Positions 8,537-17,408 of a stretch of DNA of 37,347 nucleotides are shown piece by piece. This stretch comes from a virus. The notes beneath the pieces are model-generated. The model made no database searches. It worked only from the letters and a program-made list of their open reading frames with translations, and was not told the origin of the DNA. Numbering within the stretch: position 1 is the first letter of the stretch; each line of letters opens with the position of its first letter. A program made the position numbers and the translations under genes. The stretch spans positions 1-37,347 of IMG/VR virus record IMGVR_UViG_3300045988_030449. One strand, written 5' to 3'.

Positions 8537-10291
8537 TTACTTTAAATCCATTTTGTACAAAGATAGCTTACAATTCCCGGTTGCTACGTCATACTCGCCT
8601 AAAGATTTAATGTAGAAACAACTATTCAGCTGCGAAAAATAGTAAGCATCCCCCAATCGTAGGTTTTCAACGTCCGCATATTCTAGTTGCGCTTTGATTT
8701 TAACCTGCACACGGGACCGGAACATCTTAAAATGTCGGTTTATATACGGGTAATAAATATCGTTCACATGGATATACTGTTGATTGTATCCCGTCTTGCT
8801 GAAAGCTGCCGTAAGCCCTACTTTTGGAAACAGATATTTGCTGTATGGGAATTTAATAGCCGACTTGTACGCCTCCTTAACAGGTGTTACCGTTCCCGCA
8901 CCGTTGGCGTAACTGAATTGCGTAGCGTCCAGGGTGCAAATATACTGATCCGCGAACTCGTCGGGAACGTCTACGGTTTCAACGCTTAGTAGTTTGTTGC
9001 TCCAATCGTGTATATGTGCCCATGCCGTCGATGTACCGTCCCGGAGATCGGCGTCTACTATTGGCTCTACGCGTAACGTACCGTTGCGGTAGATTTTACG
9101 CCAGTGCCATGCCGTGCACATGTCATCCACTATGTTTTTTACGTCCGTGTACGAGAATCCTATTGGTACGTCGTTAACGGTCTTGACCGCAGGGCTTAAA
9201 GCGCTTTCCGGTTTGGCTTCCCCTTTGAATCGTATGCACTCACCCGGTGAGTACCCGTTAGGTATTTTGAAAAAGTCCGTCCGTGTCGCGCCGTTTATCG
9301 TGGCGGATATTAATAAATGACTGTCGGCTTTAGGGAATAAATTCCCGCCCGCTGCTGAATCAAACTTCATAGAATAAACCCACACCCTTTCAGATACTTG
9401 TCCTTTGTAAACCCCCGCGAAAAAATTAAAGCGTTCCCCCGAAGAGTTACCTACTAAATTTATATCCGGTTTTGTTGCGGGGATAGAATCCCCTGTGTAT
9501 TCGATCAAGAATGTAGCGAACCTTTCCTCTTGTGAAGGTTTTACTTTAAGGCCCGCCGGGAGCCCCCCGGACCGTGTGCCAAAATAAGAGGCGTTCAGGT
9601 ACATACTAGTATTGTCAAATACATATTGCGCCGTCCCCGGATACATGTACCCGCCCCGTCCTTTAGTCGAGTTTCGGGGTATAAGGCTTGTAGAACCTGC
9701 CGCTACATCAGAATCCCACGATAAAGCACCACGTGAACAAATCAGGTGCGCCTGTAACGAATCGTAATCTACGGGTCTAGTCCCGTCAGCATAATACGGT
9801 TGAATGTTAGGGAATACCATTTGTGGGAATTTAAAATCTGTTCTCACAATTCGCGACAAATCCACCGCCGCCAAATACTGTGAGTTTTCAGTGTCCCGGA
9901 CAACGGCATGCACATAGGGCGAAGAAATTTGTTTGCTCACGTCAGACCATTTGTCCGTACTCTCGATCAAGTTGACAGTGTACTCCGTTTGAGACGCTGA
10001 TACCTTGGCATAGAACTGCGTAGGCTCGTCGGACACATAAGCGTAATACTTGAACGGGATAGACGCTATTAATACCTCGGCTACGTAATACTCACAGTTA
10101 AGCAAACCTTTGTTTAGCCCTATGAACGTCCGGTCATTGTTGGGCGTTCTAGGAACTTTTACCGTAGCACTGAACGCTACACTATCCCCGGTCATAGTAA
10201 CCGGGGAAATATTGTTTAATGTGATTTTGACCGTTGCGTTATCCAGTCCGTCTATGTCGTAACCGTTAATTCTTAATGATACTATTTTCAT
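8537..10291 (-). CDS. Tail tip / baseplate-type structural protein (584 aa)
   Basis: Large beta-rich ORF adjacent to the tape-measure-like gene. AGGAGGG lies upstream of the ATG. The function is inferred from position only. Confidence 0.4.
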   Translation of the reverse strand: MKIVSLRINGYDIDGLDNATVKITLNNISPVTMTGDSVAFSATVKVPRTPNNDRTFIGLNKGLLNCEYYVAEVLIASIPFKYYAYVSDEPTQFYAKVSASQTEYTVNLIESTDKWSDVSKQISSPYVHAVVRDTENSQYLAAVDLSRIVRTDFKFPQMVFPNIQPYYADGTRPVDYDSLQAHLICSRGALSWDSDVAAGSTSLIPRNSTKGRGGYMYPGTAQYVFDNTSMYLNASYFGTRSGGLPAGLKVKPSQEERFATFLIEYTGDSIPATKPDINLVGNSSGERFNFFAGVYKGQVSERVWVYSMKFDSAAGGNLFPKADSHLLISATINGATRTDFFKIPNGYSPGECIRFKGEAKPESALSPAVKTVNDVPIGFSYTDVKNIVDDMCTAWHWRKIYRNGTLRVEPIVDADLRDGTSTAWAHIHDWSNKLLSVETVDVPDEFADQYICTLDATQFSYANGAGTVTPVKEAYKSAIKFPYSKYLFPKVGLTAAFSKTGYNQQYIHVNDIYYPYINRHFKMFRSRVQVKIKAQLEYADVENLRLGDAYYFSQLNSCFYIKSLGEYDVATGNCKLSLYKMDLK

Positions 10292-10293
10292 TC

Positions 10294-12156
10294 TTATCCC
10301 TCCTGTTCAATTAAACAAATTGCGATCTCGTGCGTAGTCGTATTCTCAAGTCTCAAATACCCGCCGCGTTTTACGCCCGTATTGTTCGGCGTGTCGTACG
10401 TTACGTTTACCGTTCCCTGTCCGGCTGTGCCTGCTGCGGGGCTAGTTGCTACCCAGCTAGGCGCACTACCCATCACCCAAATATGCTGGCTTATTACTAT
10501 GACCTCTTTGGTTACATTTCCCCCGGCTTTAGGTCCGGTGATCCTGAGAGGACCAAGAAGGATAGTTTGCGGTAGGCCACCTTGGTTAACTGTAACTACT
10601 GCTATATCATTGGTTTGGCCGTCGCGGAACGTTATTGTTCCGGTACGCGCGTCGTTACTCGTGTTGTCTGCGATCGTTAACGTTACGGCGGTTGTTCCGT
10701 TCGGGCCCGTTGTAACGCTCGGAGTGATCCACGCATCCCGCTGCGACACAGACCACGCGCCAAGCGAAGTTACATTAACGGAAACAGGTAAATTAACGTA
10801 CCCCGCTGCGATCGTCGGGGTATCAACCGATACGTTACCCGAAACCCCGGCTTGTGCAACGGCTATATTATACGTAGTAGACCCCGCTTTACTTTTCAGG
10901 ACTATGCCACCCGTTCTAGCCTCGCCAGTGTTGGCGGCTACCGTCGCGGTGAGATTAGAAGTACCCGCGTTCCCCGTGGGACTATCCACTGACATCCACG
11001 TCGGTGTGCTCTGCACCTCCCATGCCGCGTTACTATATATGCTGTTAGTAAGCCCCTCCGCATACGCCGGGCCGATCGTCCACGGGTTAAACTGTGCTGT
11101 AAACACGATCGACGGTGTAGGCGGTTGGTCCGGTGAAAGTGGAAACATGTAATTGTCTTGTAACTCCGTTGTCTTGAACCTTACTTGCTGTCTGTACGTC
11201 TTAGTACTGTTGGACCAGCGCGCACCTGTGTCGCCTACGACCTCGGCCCTAAAGCGTTTCGATTGATATTGATTTATACCCGGTATGTTCAACTCGAACA
11301 CGACATTTGAAGAAACTAACAACTCTTGGTACACGTTATAATACTCTTCGCCGTACTCTAGGTTTATAGTGATCTCGGCCTGCTCTGTTACGCCTCCACG
11401 GCCTCGGATAGGGGTGAACTTATTAGACCAAAAGTAATCCTTAAATGCAGCCCAAAACCATTGACCATTGCGCATGTTCCATCTAGCGCGCAAAGCGCAT
11501 TGAAGCCCGGTATCATAAACAGCGTCAGACATTAGGCGGTCTTCATAGTTAATCACTTGGTCCAGCCCGTTACCCCAAATGTTTTTAATTGTCAACTTCT
11601 TTATGTACGTTATATCGATAGTGTTTCCCAGTACATAGGTAGTAGGGAGTATCGCCGAACTAGGCGCGCCTGCCACGGGTTCAACCTCAAGGTAAAACGC
11701 GTCAGACGGGTGTATAACGTAGGGGAAGAATATGTCTAACGTCTGCCCCGGTATGCGCGGCTTGGCCGGTTGGGGAAGAGCGGCATCTACTCCTAGCGTG
11801 TCCCAGTACGTAAGATCGCAGTGGAATACGGGAATAATTATAGGGCTTCCCGAGTTGGATGTCCAGAACGCTAACTCCTGTTGCATAAACCAAGGTGTAC
11901 CCTGCGACTTGTTACGGTCGGCGCGCTTAAGTAATGGAGCGGCAAAAGATAGGTCAACGTCCATCCCGTTTTGTTGGTACGGCAAAGTTTCTGTTTTAAC
12001 CGACGATCCGCCGTTCCTCACAGCAATATTAACAGGCTCGTTTGTGCCCGTTGTCACCTTCACCATTAGCGGGCGTGTAGCCCACACGGGTAGCTGCCCG
12101 TCATAGGTTTGCCCGTCGGTTAGTGTTACATCTGCTATCGGTATGTATATATTCAT
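10294..12156 (-). CDS. Tail-associated protein with three C-terminal BACON-like ~90-aa repeats (620 aa)
   Basis: The C-terminal 273 aa split into three ~90-aa modules. Each module has W..S...W......G.......T....N.G..R.G.I.....G.....I.V.Q.G signatures, for example NTGEARTGGIVLKS, NTSNDARTGTITFRDG and NNTGVKRGGYLRLEN. Confidence 0.6.
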   Translation of the reverse strand: MNIYIPIADVTLTDGQTYDGQLPVWATRPLMVKVTTGTNEPVNIAVRNGGSSVKTETLPYQQNGMDVDLSFAAPLLKRADRNKSQGTPWFMQQELAFWTSNSGSPIIIPVFHCDLTYWDTLGVDAALPQPAKPRIPGQTLDIFFPYVIHPSDAFYLEVEPVAGAPSSAILPTTYVLGNTIDITYIKKLTIKNIWGNGLDQVINYEDRLMSDAVYDTGLQCALRARWNMRNGQWFWAAFKDYFWSNKFTPIRGRGGVTEQAEITINLEYGEEYYNVYQELLVSSNVVFELNIPGINQYQSKRFRAEVVGDTGARWSNSTKTYRQQVRFKTTELQDNYMFPLSPDQPPTPSIVFTAQFNPWTIGPAYAEGLTNSIYSNAAWEVQSTPTWMSVDSPTGNAGTSNLTATVAANTGEARTGGIVLKSKAGSTTYNIAVAQAGVSGNVSVDTPTIAAGYVNLPVSVNVTSLGAWSVSQRDAWITPSVTTGPNGTTAVTLTIADNTSNDARTGTITFRDGQTNDIAVVTVNQGGLPQTILLGPLRITGPKAGGNVTKEVIVISQHIWVMGSAPSWVATSPAAGTAGQGTVNVTYDTPNNTGVKRGGYLRLENTTTHEIAICLIEQEG

Positions 12157-12603
12157 CTATTTAATGTTTAAAGTGTCAATAATAGCATATTTAATTATAG
12201 TTACTATCTCGTTTTGTAACTTCAAGACCCTTGCCGGGTTGAGTACGTCCGATACTACGCCGCCGGGGTTGTGGCTGTTCGGTACTTTGATCCCGAACTC
12301 GCCAATAGCTTTTGCGATCGGGTATGCGGCGGTTAGCGGTATGTTCGCGCCTTGCTTGTTCTTGTCCTCGATCCATTTACGTATGATCCACAACGGCGGA
12401 CGTTTTCCCGCAATGCGTCCGCCTTCCATCGCGCCTACATAACGAGGCGCCGTGATTTTGGCGTTATTGCCGTTTACTACTAATTTTAGCTCCTTGGCAA
12501 AGTTACCAGATGCCATCAGCCCTTTAGCCTTGTACGAGGCTTCTATGTCGTCCCGTAGCTTGGTTAGTAGTACCTCTATTTCCAACATCGCGTTTCTTGC
12601 CAT
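12157..12603 (-). CDS. Hypothetical virion protein (148 aa), possible head-tail joining or tail-completion protein
   Basis: ATG ORF abutting its neighbours with no gap. Only weak by-eye resemblance to gp10-like neck proteins. Confidence 0.35.
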   Translation of the reverse strand: MARNAMLEIEVLLTKLRDDIEASYKAKGLMASGNFAKELKLVVNGNNAKITAPRYVGAMEGGRIAGKRPPLWIIRKWIEDKNKQGANIPLTAAYPIAKAIGEFGIKVPNSHNPGGVVSDVLNPARVLKLQNEIVTIIKYAIIDTLNIK

Positions 12604-13013
12604 TATTCAGATAGATTAAGAGTTATCTCCCAGCCTGATTTGGGACTGTCGTAAATGTTTTGACGTTTAACCACCGCTGCGCCTTCGGACTCGTAGAGGC
12701 AAACCGCCTTCTTCGCTATGTCGGTTATGACTGTAAACGTCCTATCCAGTACGTCGATCTCGGACATATCGTCGCGTTCGTAGTGCGAAGTCCCCAGCAC
12801 CTGTATAAGCACGGTGATTGAGAACGCCTCGGCGGCGTAGTCGTTATAGTCCTGCCTTCCTCCGGGCACATCAACAAAGATAAAATCACCCGTTATATCG
12901 TTTGCCAGTCGATTACGTGTAGATTCATCTCCGAAGAATACGGGAAGCGCGTGTTGCGCCCCCCATGTTCCAACCTGATCTAGTATCCCTTTAAAAGTCA
13001 TGTTCATGTTCAT
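12603..13013 (-). CDS. Hypothetical virion protein (132-136 aa)
   Basis: There are three in-frame ATGs (MNMNM) at 13013, 13007 and 13001. The ORF overlaps the end of the 799-aa gene by 11-23 nt. Confidence 0.5.
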   Translation of the reverse strand: MNMNMTFKGILDQVGTWGAQHALPVFFGDESTRNRLANDITGDFIFVDVPGGRQDYNDYAAEAFSITVLIQVLGTSHYERDDMSEIDVLDRTFTVITDIAKKAVCLYESEGAAVVKRQNIYDSPKSGWEITLNLSE

Positions 13014-15390
13014 ATTGAGTTTTTACGTTGTTGTCGTACTCCGGCGCGTTTACGTCTGTAATAGTCCGTTTACCCGTCCACGTTTTTACTACGTTACCCT
13101 TGTAATTACCCGCTAGTGTAATAGCCCCGATAACGGTTGTGGCCGCCTCGATACTAGCGTTGTCCTTCATTGTGAGCACGCCGCGACTATTGGCTGAGAT
13201 AGCCCCCGTAGACGTTACTTTAGCATTACCGGACATAACCACAGCCGACCGTGTATTAGAGACCCCCTCGATAATAGCGTTGTCCCTCATGATGAACGAA
13301 AGTTCTGTACTAACTCTAGCACCCGATCCGATAAACTTTGCGTTGTCCTGCATGTGAACAAGCGCACACGCGCCGGCCAATGATGTTGGCGCGAATACCG
13401 CGTTGTCCTTCATGAACGCCGACCCGGTACATTCAAGGGCCGCCCAAACTGCCGGGGTGTAACTTACCACGGAATTACCGCCGAAGTAGCCCGTTCCAAC
13501 TACAGCAGCGTTGACGAGCGTAGCGTTATCCTCTACGCGGATAGCGCCTTTCATGTTAACCGCTGTTGCGCCTGTGTTCACGATCTTACAACCGTTGTAC
13601 ACCGTTACGGTTACGCCTGCAAGGTCTGCGGGTGTGATCGGGTCATTATTTGATTTTTTGAAACGGATATACGCTTTTGTGTCAGCCAAACCTGCCGCCT
13701 CCAAATTGGTATCGGCTGCCGCGGAGGCTTGAACCCTTGTTATAACATCATTAGCATCCGTTAGGAATATAGCGGCTCCAATCCCCGTTGGCAAATTACT
13801 AATAGTCAACCCTTTAGCACCGTTAACACGGAAAGGTGTAGGAATACAAACCAATGTGGCGCTATTAACTACGCCTGTGATCTTCCCCCCTACGCTCGTA
13901 GCGTTAAATATCCCGTTAACCGCTCTAGGTGCAACGTTCAGAACCCGTGCCAATGGATGGCTACGTACTTTGTTACCAAACACATTAGTACCTGCTATGG
14001 CAAACAGACCGTTGAGATAAGCGTCCTTATAGATTATCGTGTTGTACGCGGTTGCGAAATTATCGAAGGCTAGCTTCTCCACGCTTGCAAAACTCTCAAC
14101 CAAACAACCGATCAAGCCCGAAGCGGGTGTAACTAGGCGATACAAGCCCTCAACTTCTGAACTAGCAAACTCACGGGCACCCACAAGCGTTTTACCCAAA
14201 TCTACACTAGCCTTCGCGAAATCAATGTTCTTGTAAGTGTTGGCTATTTGTGCGTGATGGTAGAACTTACCGTTCGGAACGTTACAACCTTGGAAGATAA
14301 ATGGCATGTTAGCGGTTTGCGCTGCTGCCAGTCCTGGGAAGATTGTAGGCGATACGGCGAAGTTATCGCAGTCGTAAGCCCGTATAATGCCATACGCGCT
14401 TACGGCTACGAGAGAGATCAATACGCCTGAAGCAGTTAGGTTCTTGATATTGTTGTATGACCCGGCTATCACAAGCTCGCTCGCCGTGGCGTCTAGCGTT
14501 GCAGTCGATCCGATAATCTGACCGAGAAACCTTAACATCCTACTCGCCGGAGCAATTATAGACACTTTAGAGTTTCTAATGATCGCTTCCGGGTACTTCG
14601 CGCCGGGTGCCATTGTATAAAATCCTCCGGGCCGCAATGTAAGTGTCCCTGTACTAGTCGCCGGGTTGATCTCCACACGTGAATCGATGATTGAAAGCTT
14701 AGTTTCATAGGTACCCGTAAATGTGATTTTAGCGGCTGTCGCGTCTGCCGGGACTGTCGGACCTACTGGTTTTTTCGTCATTATTAGCACAAAATACTGT
14801 CCCGCCGGAATGGCTAGCGTCACGCCTACCCCCGTATCGGTTGATGCCGTAGCCGTTATGCCGTTGCCGTCACGATCTAGAACATAAGCCTGAACCGAGT
14901 ACCCCGGTACGGATAACTTAAGTGTTACCGATGCGCCGCCCATGAAAATAGGGGCTTTAGATCTTATGTGATTAACGCTGATGGACTTCCAGGTTTCCCA
15001 GTTGATGCCCGCCGCGAAAGTAAGAAGCCCCTGCTCGAAGTCAGCCGCCGTCAGTACTACGGCGTCCGCTGTTGTCTGTCTCGACTCAATTACTAGTTTA
15101 CTACCCACCACGACACTAGACCCTAGAATGTCTACGGCGGGCGTGCCTGTGGTGCTTAGTGCCGCTTCGCCTACATCAACGATCGAGTCCCCTCCGATGC
15201 GTGCACCGGGAAAACCAAAGTTGCCCCTAAACAGCCAGCAAAGCCCGTCCTGTGATAATGTCTTCTCGTCGTACACGATGCCGCCTATGTCGCCAATATT
15301 GACGTAACGGTCTCCCACCTGCCACGAACGAAGGGCGCGTACTCTCCTGTCGCTCCCTACTGTAATAATCTCATACTTTTTTAAACCCAT
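12991..15390 (-). CDS. Tail fibre / tail spike with a beta-helical repeat domain (799 aa)
   Basis: It is G/A/T/V/N-rich throughout. The C-terminal part carries the recurring motif M[KQR]DNA.[FI] (MKDNAVF, MQDNAKF, MRDNAII, MKDNASI, plus VEDNATL) at spacings of ~20 or ~40 aa, typical of solenoid coils. Confidence 0.55.
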   Translation of the reverse strand: MGLKKYEIITVGSDRRVRALRSWQVGDRYVNIGDIGGIVYDEKTLSQDGLCWLFRGNFGFPGARIGGDSIVDVGEAALSTTGTPAVDILGSSVVVGSKLVIESRQTTADAVVLTAADFEQGLLTFAAGINWETWKSISVNHIRSKAPIFMGGASVTLKLSVPGYSVQAYVLDRDGNGITATASTDTGVGVTLAIPAGQYFVLIMTKKPVGPTVPADATAAKITFTGTYETKLSIIDSRVEINPATSTGTLTLRPGGFYTMAPGAKYPEAIIRNSKVSIIAPASRMLRFLGQIIGSTATLDATASELVIAGSYNNIKNLTASGVLISLVAVSAYGIIRAYDCDNFAVSPTIFPGLAAAQTANMPFIFQGCNVPNGKFYHHAQIANTYKNIDFAKASVDLGKTLVGAREFASSEVEGLYRLVTPASGLIGCLVESFASVEKLAFDNFATAYNTIIYKDAYLNGLFAIAGTNVFGNKVRSHPLARVLNVAPRAVNGIFNATSVGGKITGVVNSATLVCIPTPFRVNGAKGLTISNLPTGIGAAIFLTDANDVITRVQASAAADTNLEAAGLADTKAYIRFKKSNNDPITPADLAGVTVTVYNGCKIVNTGATAVNMKGAIRVEDNATLVNAAVVGTGYFGGNSVVSYTPAVWAALECTGSAFMKDNAVFAPTSLAGACALVHMQDNAKFIGSGARVSTELSFIMRDNAIIEGVSNTRSAVVMSGNAKVTSTGAISANSRGVLTMKDNASIEAATTVIGAITLAGNYKGNVVKTWTGKRTITDVNAPEYDNNVKTQYEHEHDF

Positions 15391-15394
15391 AACG

Positions 15395-16075
15395 TTATGA
15401 TTTATAATGTTTCTTCATCTCTGCCTTTTGTTTCTCGTTCTCCTCGTGACGCTTTGACAATGCCAGCATCGCGTCCAGATAGTTTATCCGCTTTGCCTCT
15501 TCGAACGTACATGCGAACAACTCTGCCGTAGCCTGTACGAGCGTCAGCACGTTCTTCGCCTCCTTGATCGGATCGTCTTCTGGCGCGCTCCCTGCGTCGA
15601 AAGGGAACAAGCGTTTCTCTAGTCCGTCCGCCGTCTCTATCTGCTCCTTGATATATTTTGTAGCGCATAGCAAATGGTAGACGTTATCCGGCGCGTATTC
15701 AGCCGGCTTGTGCTCGATAGGCGTGCACCACTTCGTAACTTTCTCCGTTGCCGTCTCGCTCCGTCTCGCCTCGATAACCTGCCATAGCGTCACGTCCTCG
15801 ATGCGGGGGATACGGTACACGAGCTTCCCGTTTTTTACAATAAAAGGGTCGGCCTTCGCGTACCCTGCCACCGCATTTAATGTCGCTGCTTGGTCAGAAG
15901 TTAGGCCGCCCTTGTAATTCGGATGCAAGTTACAAATATATTCCAATTGTTTGCGGTTGTAATACCCACAAATTTTCCACCACAAGCGACGAAAAACGTT
16001 TTTAATCTTTCCCCGCCAGTTGGTTTGCTCTTGGAGTATCAGGTCTTCAACACCCATAAACTTTATTTTACTCAT
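15395..16075 (-). CDS. Hypothetical protein (226 aa)
   Basis: ORF downstream of TerL. I preferred the start at MSKIKF (16075). The track start at 16081 is also possible. Confidence 0.55.
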   Translation of the reverse strand: MSKIKFMGVEDLILQEQTNWRGKIKNVFRRLWWKICGYYNRKQLEYICNLHPNYKGGLTSDQAATLNAVAGYAKADPFIVKNGKLVYRIPRIEDVTLWQVIEARRSETATEKVTKWCTPIEHKPAEYAPDNVYHLLCATKYIKEQIETADGLEKRLFPFDAGSAPEDDPIKEAKNVLTLVQATAELFACTFEEAKRINYLDAMLALSKRHEENEKQKAEMKKHYKS

Positions 16076-16226
16076 ATTCAATCAGTTCTAGTTCTTCGTA
16101 ATAATACCACTCCTCAACGTTCGATCCGTCCCATTGCACGACCACGCCTAACACGTCGGTCTCTGTAACCGTTCCCGTGTCCCCGGCGTAATCGTATTTA
16201 ATGCGTACCCTGTCGTCCTCTCTCAT
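16068..16226 (-). CDS. Small hypothetical protein (52 aa), SH3-like / DUF4314-like pattern
   Basis: It is not in the ORF track because it is under 60 aa. The sequence is MREDDRVRIKYDYAGDTGTVTETDVLGVVVQWDGSNVEEWYYYEELELIEYE. It fills the gap between TerL and the next gene, and its stop overlaps the next start (ATGAGTAA). Confidence 0.35.
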   Translation of the reverse strand: MREDDRVRIKYDYAGDTGTVTETDVLGVVVQWDGSNVEEWYYYEELELIEYE

Positions 16227-16235
16227 GCTGCAAAT

Positions 16236-17408
16236 CTAATCATTATTTGCGTATCTCGGGCGGTATTTACGTATAAGATAATCAACACCGTAGCGCACAG
16301 CGTCCAATGCATGGTTGTAAGCGTCTATCGGCTCGTTGGTGTACGTGTCGGTCAGGTTGTCCTTGACGTAGGTGTAATTGTCCGCCTCGTCCAGTACGTT
16401 AGTGCTCCGCTTCGTCACAAACAAATTGAACTGCTTCACCTGCTGGATGCCCGCCCTTATCGATCCTTTTCCCTTGATGCATGGAATCGTGTTGCATCCT
16501 AGCCCGCGTAGCTCTATGATGCTCTTCTGCTCCGCGTTATCGCATACCGTAATGGTACGGTGTAGTCCTTCGTCCTTAAGCCGTTCGGCGATCGTGCGGT
16601 TCAGCATCTTAGTTTCGTAGCACACTTCGTCGATATACAAGTTCATGCCCCGCATGTAGATCTTGACAATAGCGGTCGGGTCGTTCTGAAAGCCGAAATC
16701 AAGCCCTGTAACGAACTTAACGTCCTCGCCCGATAAATCCTCCGGCAAAGCGTCGATCGTCTCAATTTGGGGATATACGAGGCCTTCCAGCCCGCCTGTC
16801 AGCCCCTCGCCGTATACGCGCCACCAATTAGCGTCCTTGGCGTTCCGTTCGATAGCTTCTACCTGCTGCTTCGACAAATACGGGTTATCCTTGTATGTGG
16901 AGTGGATCGTTACGTACTTGTCGCCTGTGAAGTCCGTCTCCCCCCAGAAGCGACGCACCGGGTTAAAGTCGATAATCACTTTGATCGTGGTACGAACGTC
17001 CAACTGCCGGAATATCTCGCGGGGCACACGTTGCGCCTCGTTGATGAACAGGATGTCACGCGCCGGACCATGAACCTTTGACGCGTTGTCACACCCGAAG
17101 AACTCGATGCACACTCCCGGCTTCACCGTATAGATCAAGTCGGACTTGTTGAGGGCGTTGTCGTCCCACACCCCCTCGTCTAACAGCATGTTCTGAAAGT
17201 CACGGAACATACCACGCTTCACGGCTGGGAGCGTGTCGGTAACACATGAGATCATAAGAGGCTCGGTGCTTTCGCTAGCGACCAAATAGAGGAGCTGTAA
17301 CACACTCCATGTCTTAGATGAACGCGTACCACCTTTGCTCGCTATACCTCTTATATAGGGGTCGCAAAACGGCCCTATCATCTTGTTAAATACGTAGGTG
17401 CAATTCAT
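16236..17408 (-). CDS. terL: Terminase large subunit (390 aa)
   Basis: A Walker A-like motif ASKGGTRSSKTWS is present. The ATPase-plus-nuclease length and layout resemble PBSX/Terminase_3-6 type large subunits. It follows the small subunit with a 1-nt overlap. Confidence 0.88.
   Translation of the reverse strand: MNCTYVFNKMIGPFCDPYIRGIASKGGTRSSKTWSVLQLLYLVASESTEPLMISCVTDTLPAVKRGMFRDFQNMLLDEGVWDDNALNKSDLIYTVKPGVCIEFFGCDNASKVHGPARDILFINEAQRVPREIFRQLDVRTTIKVIIDFNPVRRFWGETDFTGDKYVTIHSTYKDNPYLSKQQVEAIERNAKDANWWRVYGEGLTGGLEGLVYPQIETIDALPEDLSGEDVKFVTGLDFGFQNDPTAIVKIYMRGMNLYIDEVCYETKMLNRTIAERLKDEGLHRTITVCDNAEQKSIIELRGLGCNTIPCIKGKGSIRAGIQQVKQFNLFVTKRSTNVLDEADNYTYVKDNLTDTYTNEPIDAYNHALDAVRYGVDYLIRKYRPRYANND

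Noticed and set aside
10382-11152. 256-aa plus-strand ORF antisense to the BACON-repeat region
   Set aside because: It lies entirely inside a well-supported minus-strand gene in a GC-rich, T/G/A/V-codon region where the reverse frame is naturally stop-poor. It has low-complexity composition, and it has no promoter and no plus-strand neighbours.
8537-15390. Diversity-generating retroelement targeting the tail fibre / BACON protein
   Set aside because: No reverse transcriptase ORF exists anywhere in the genome. No template repeat matching the 3' ends of the tail genes was noticed.
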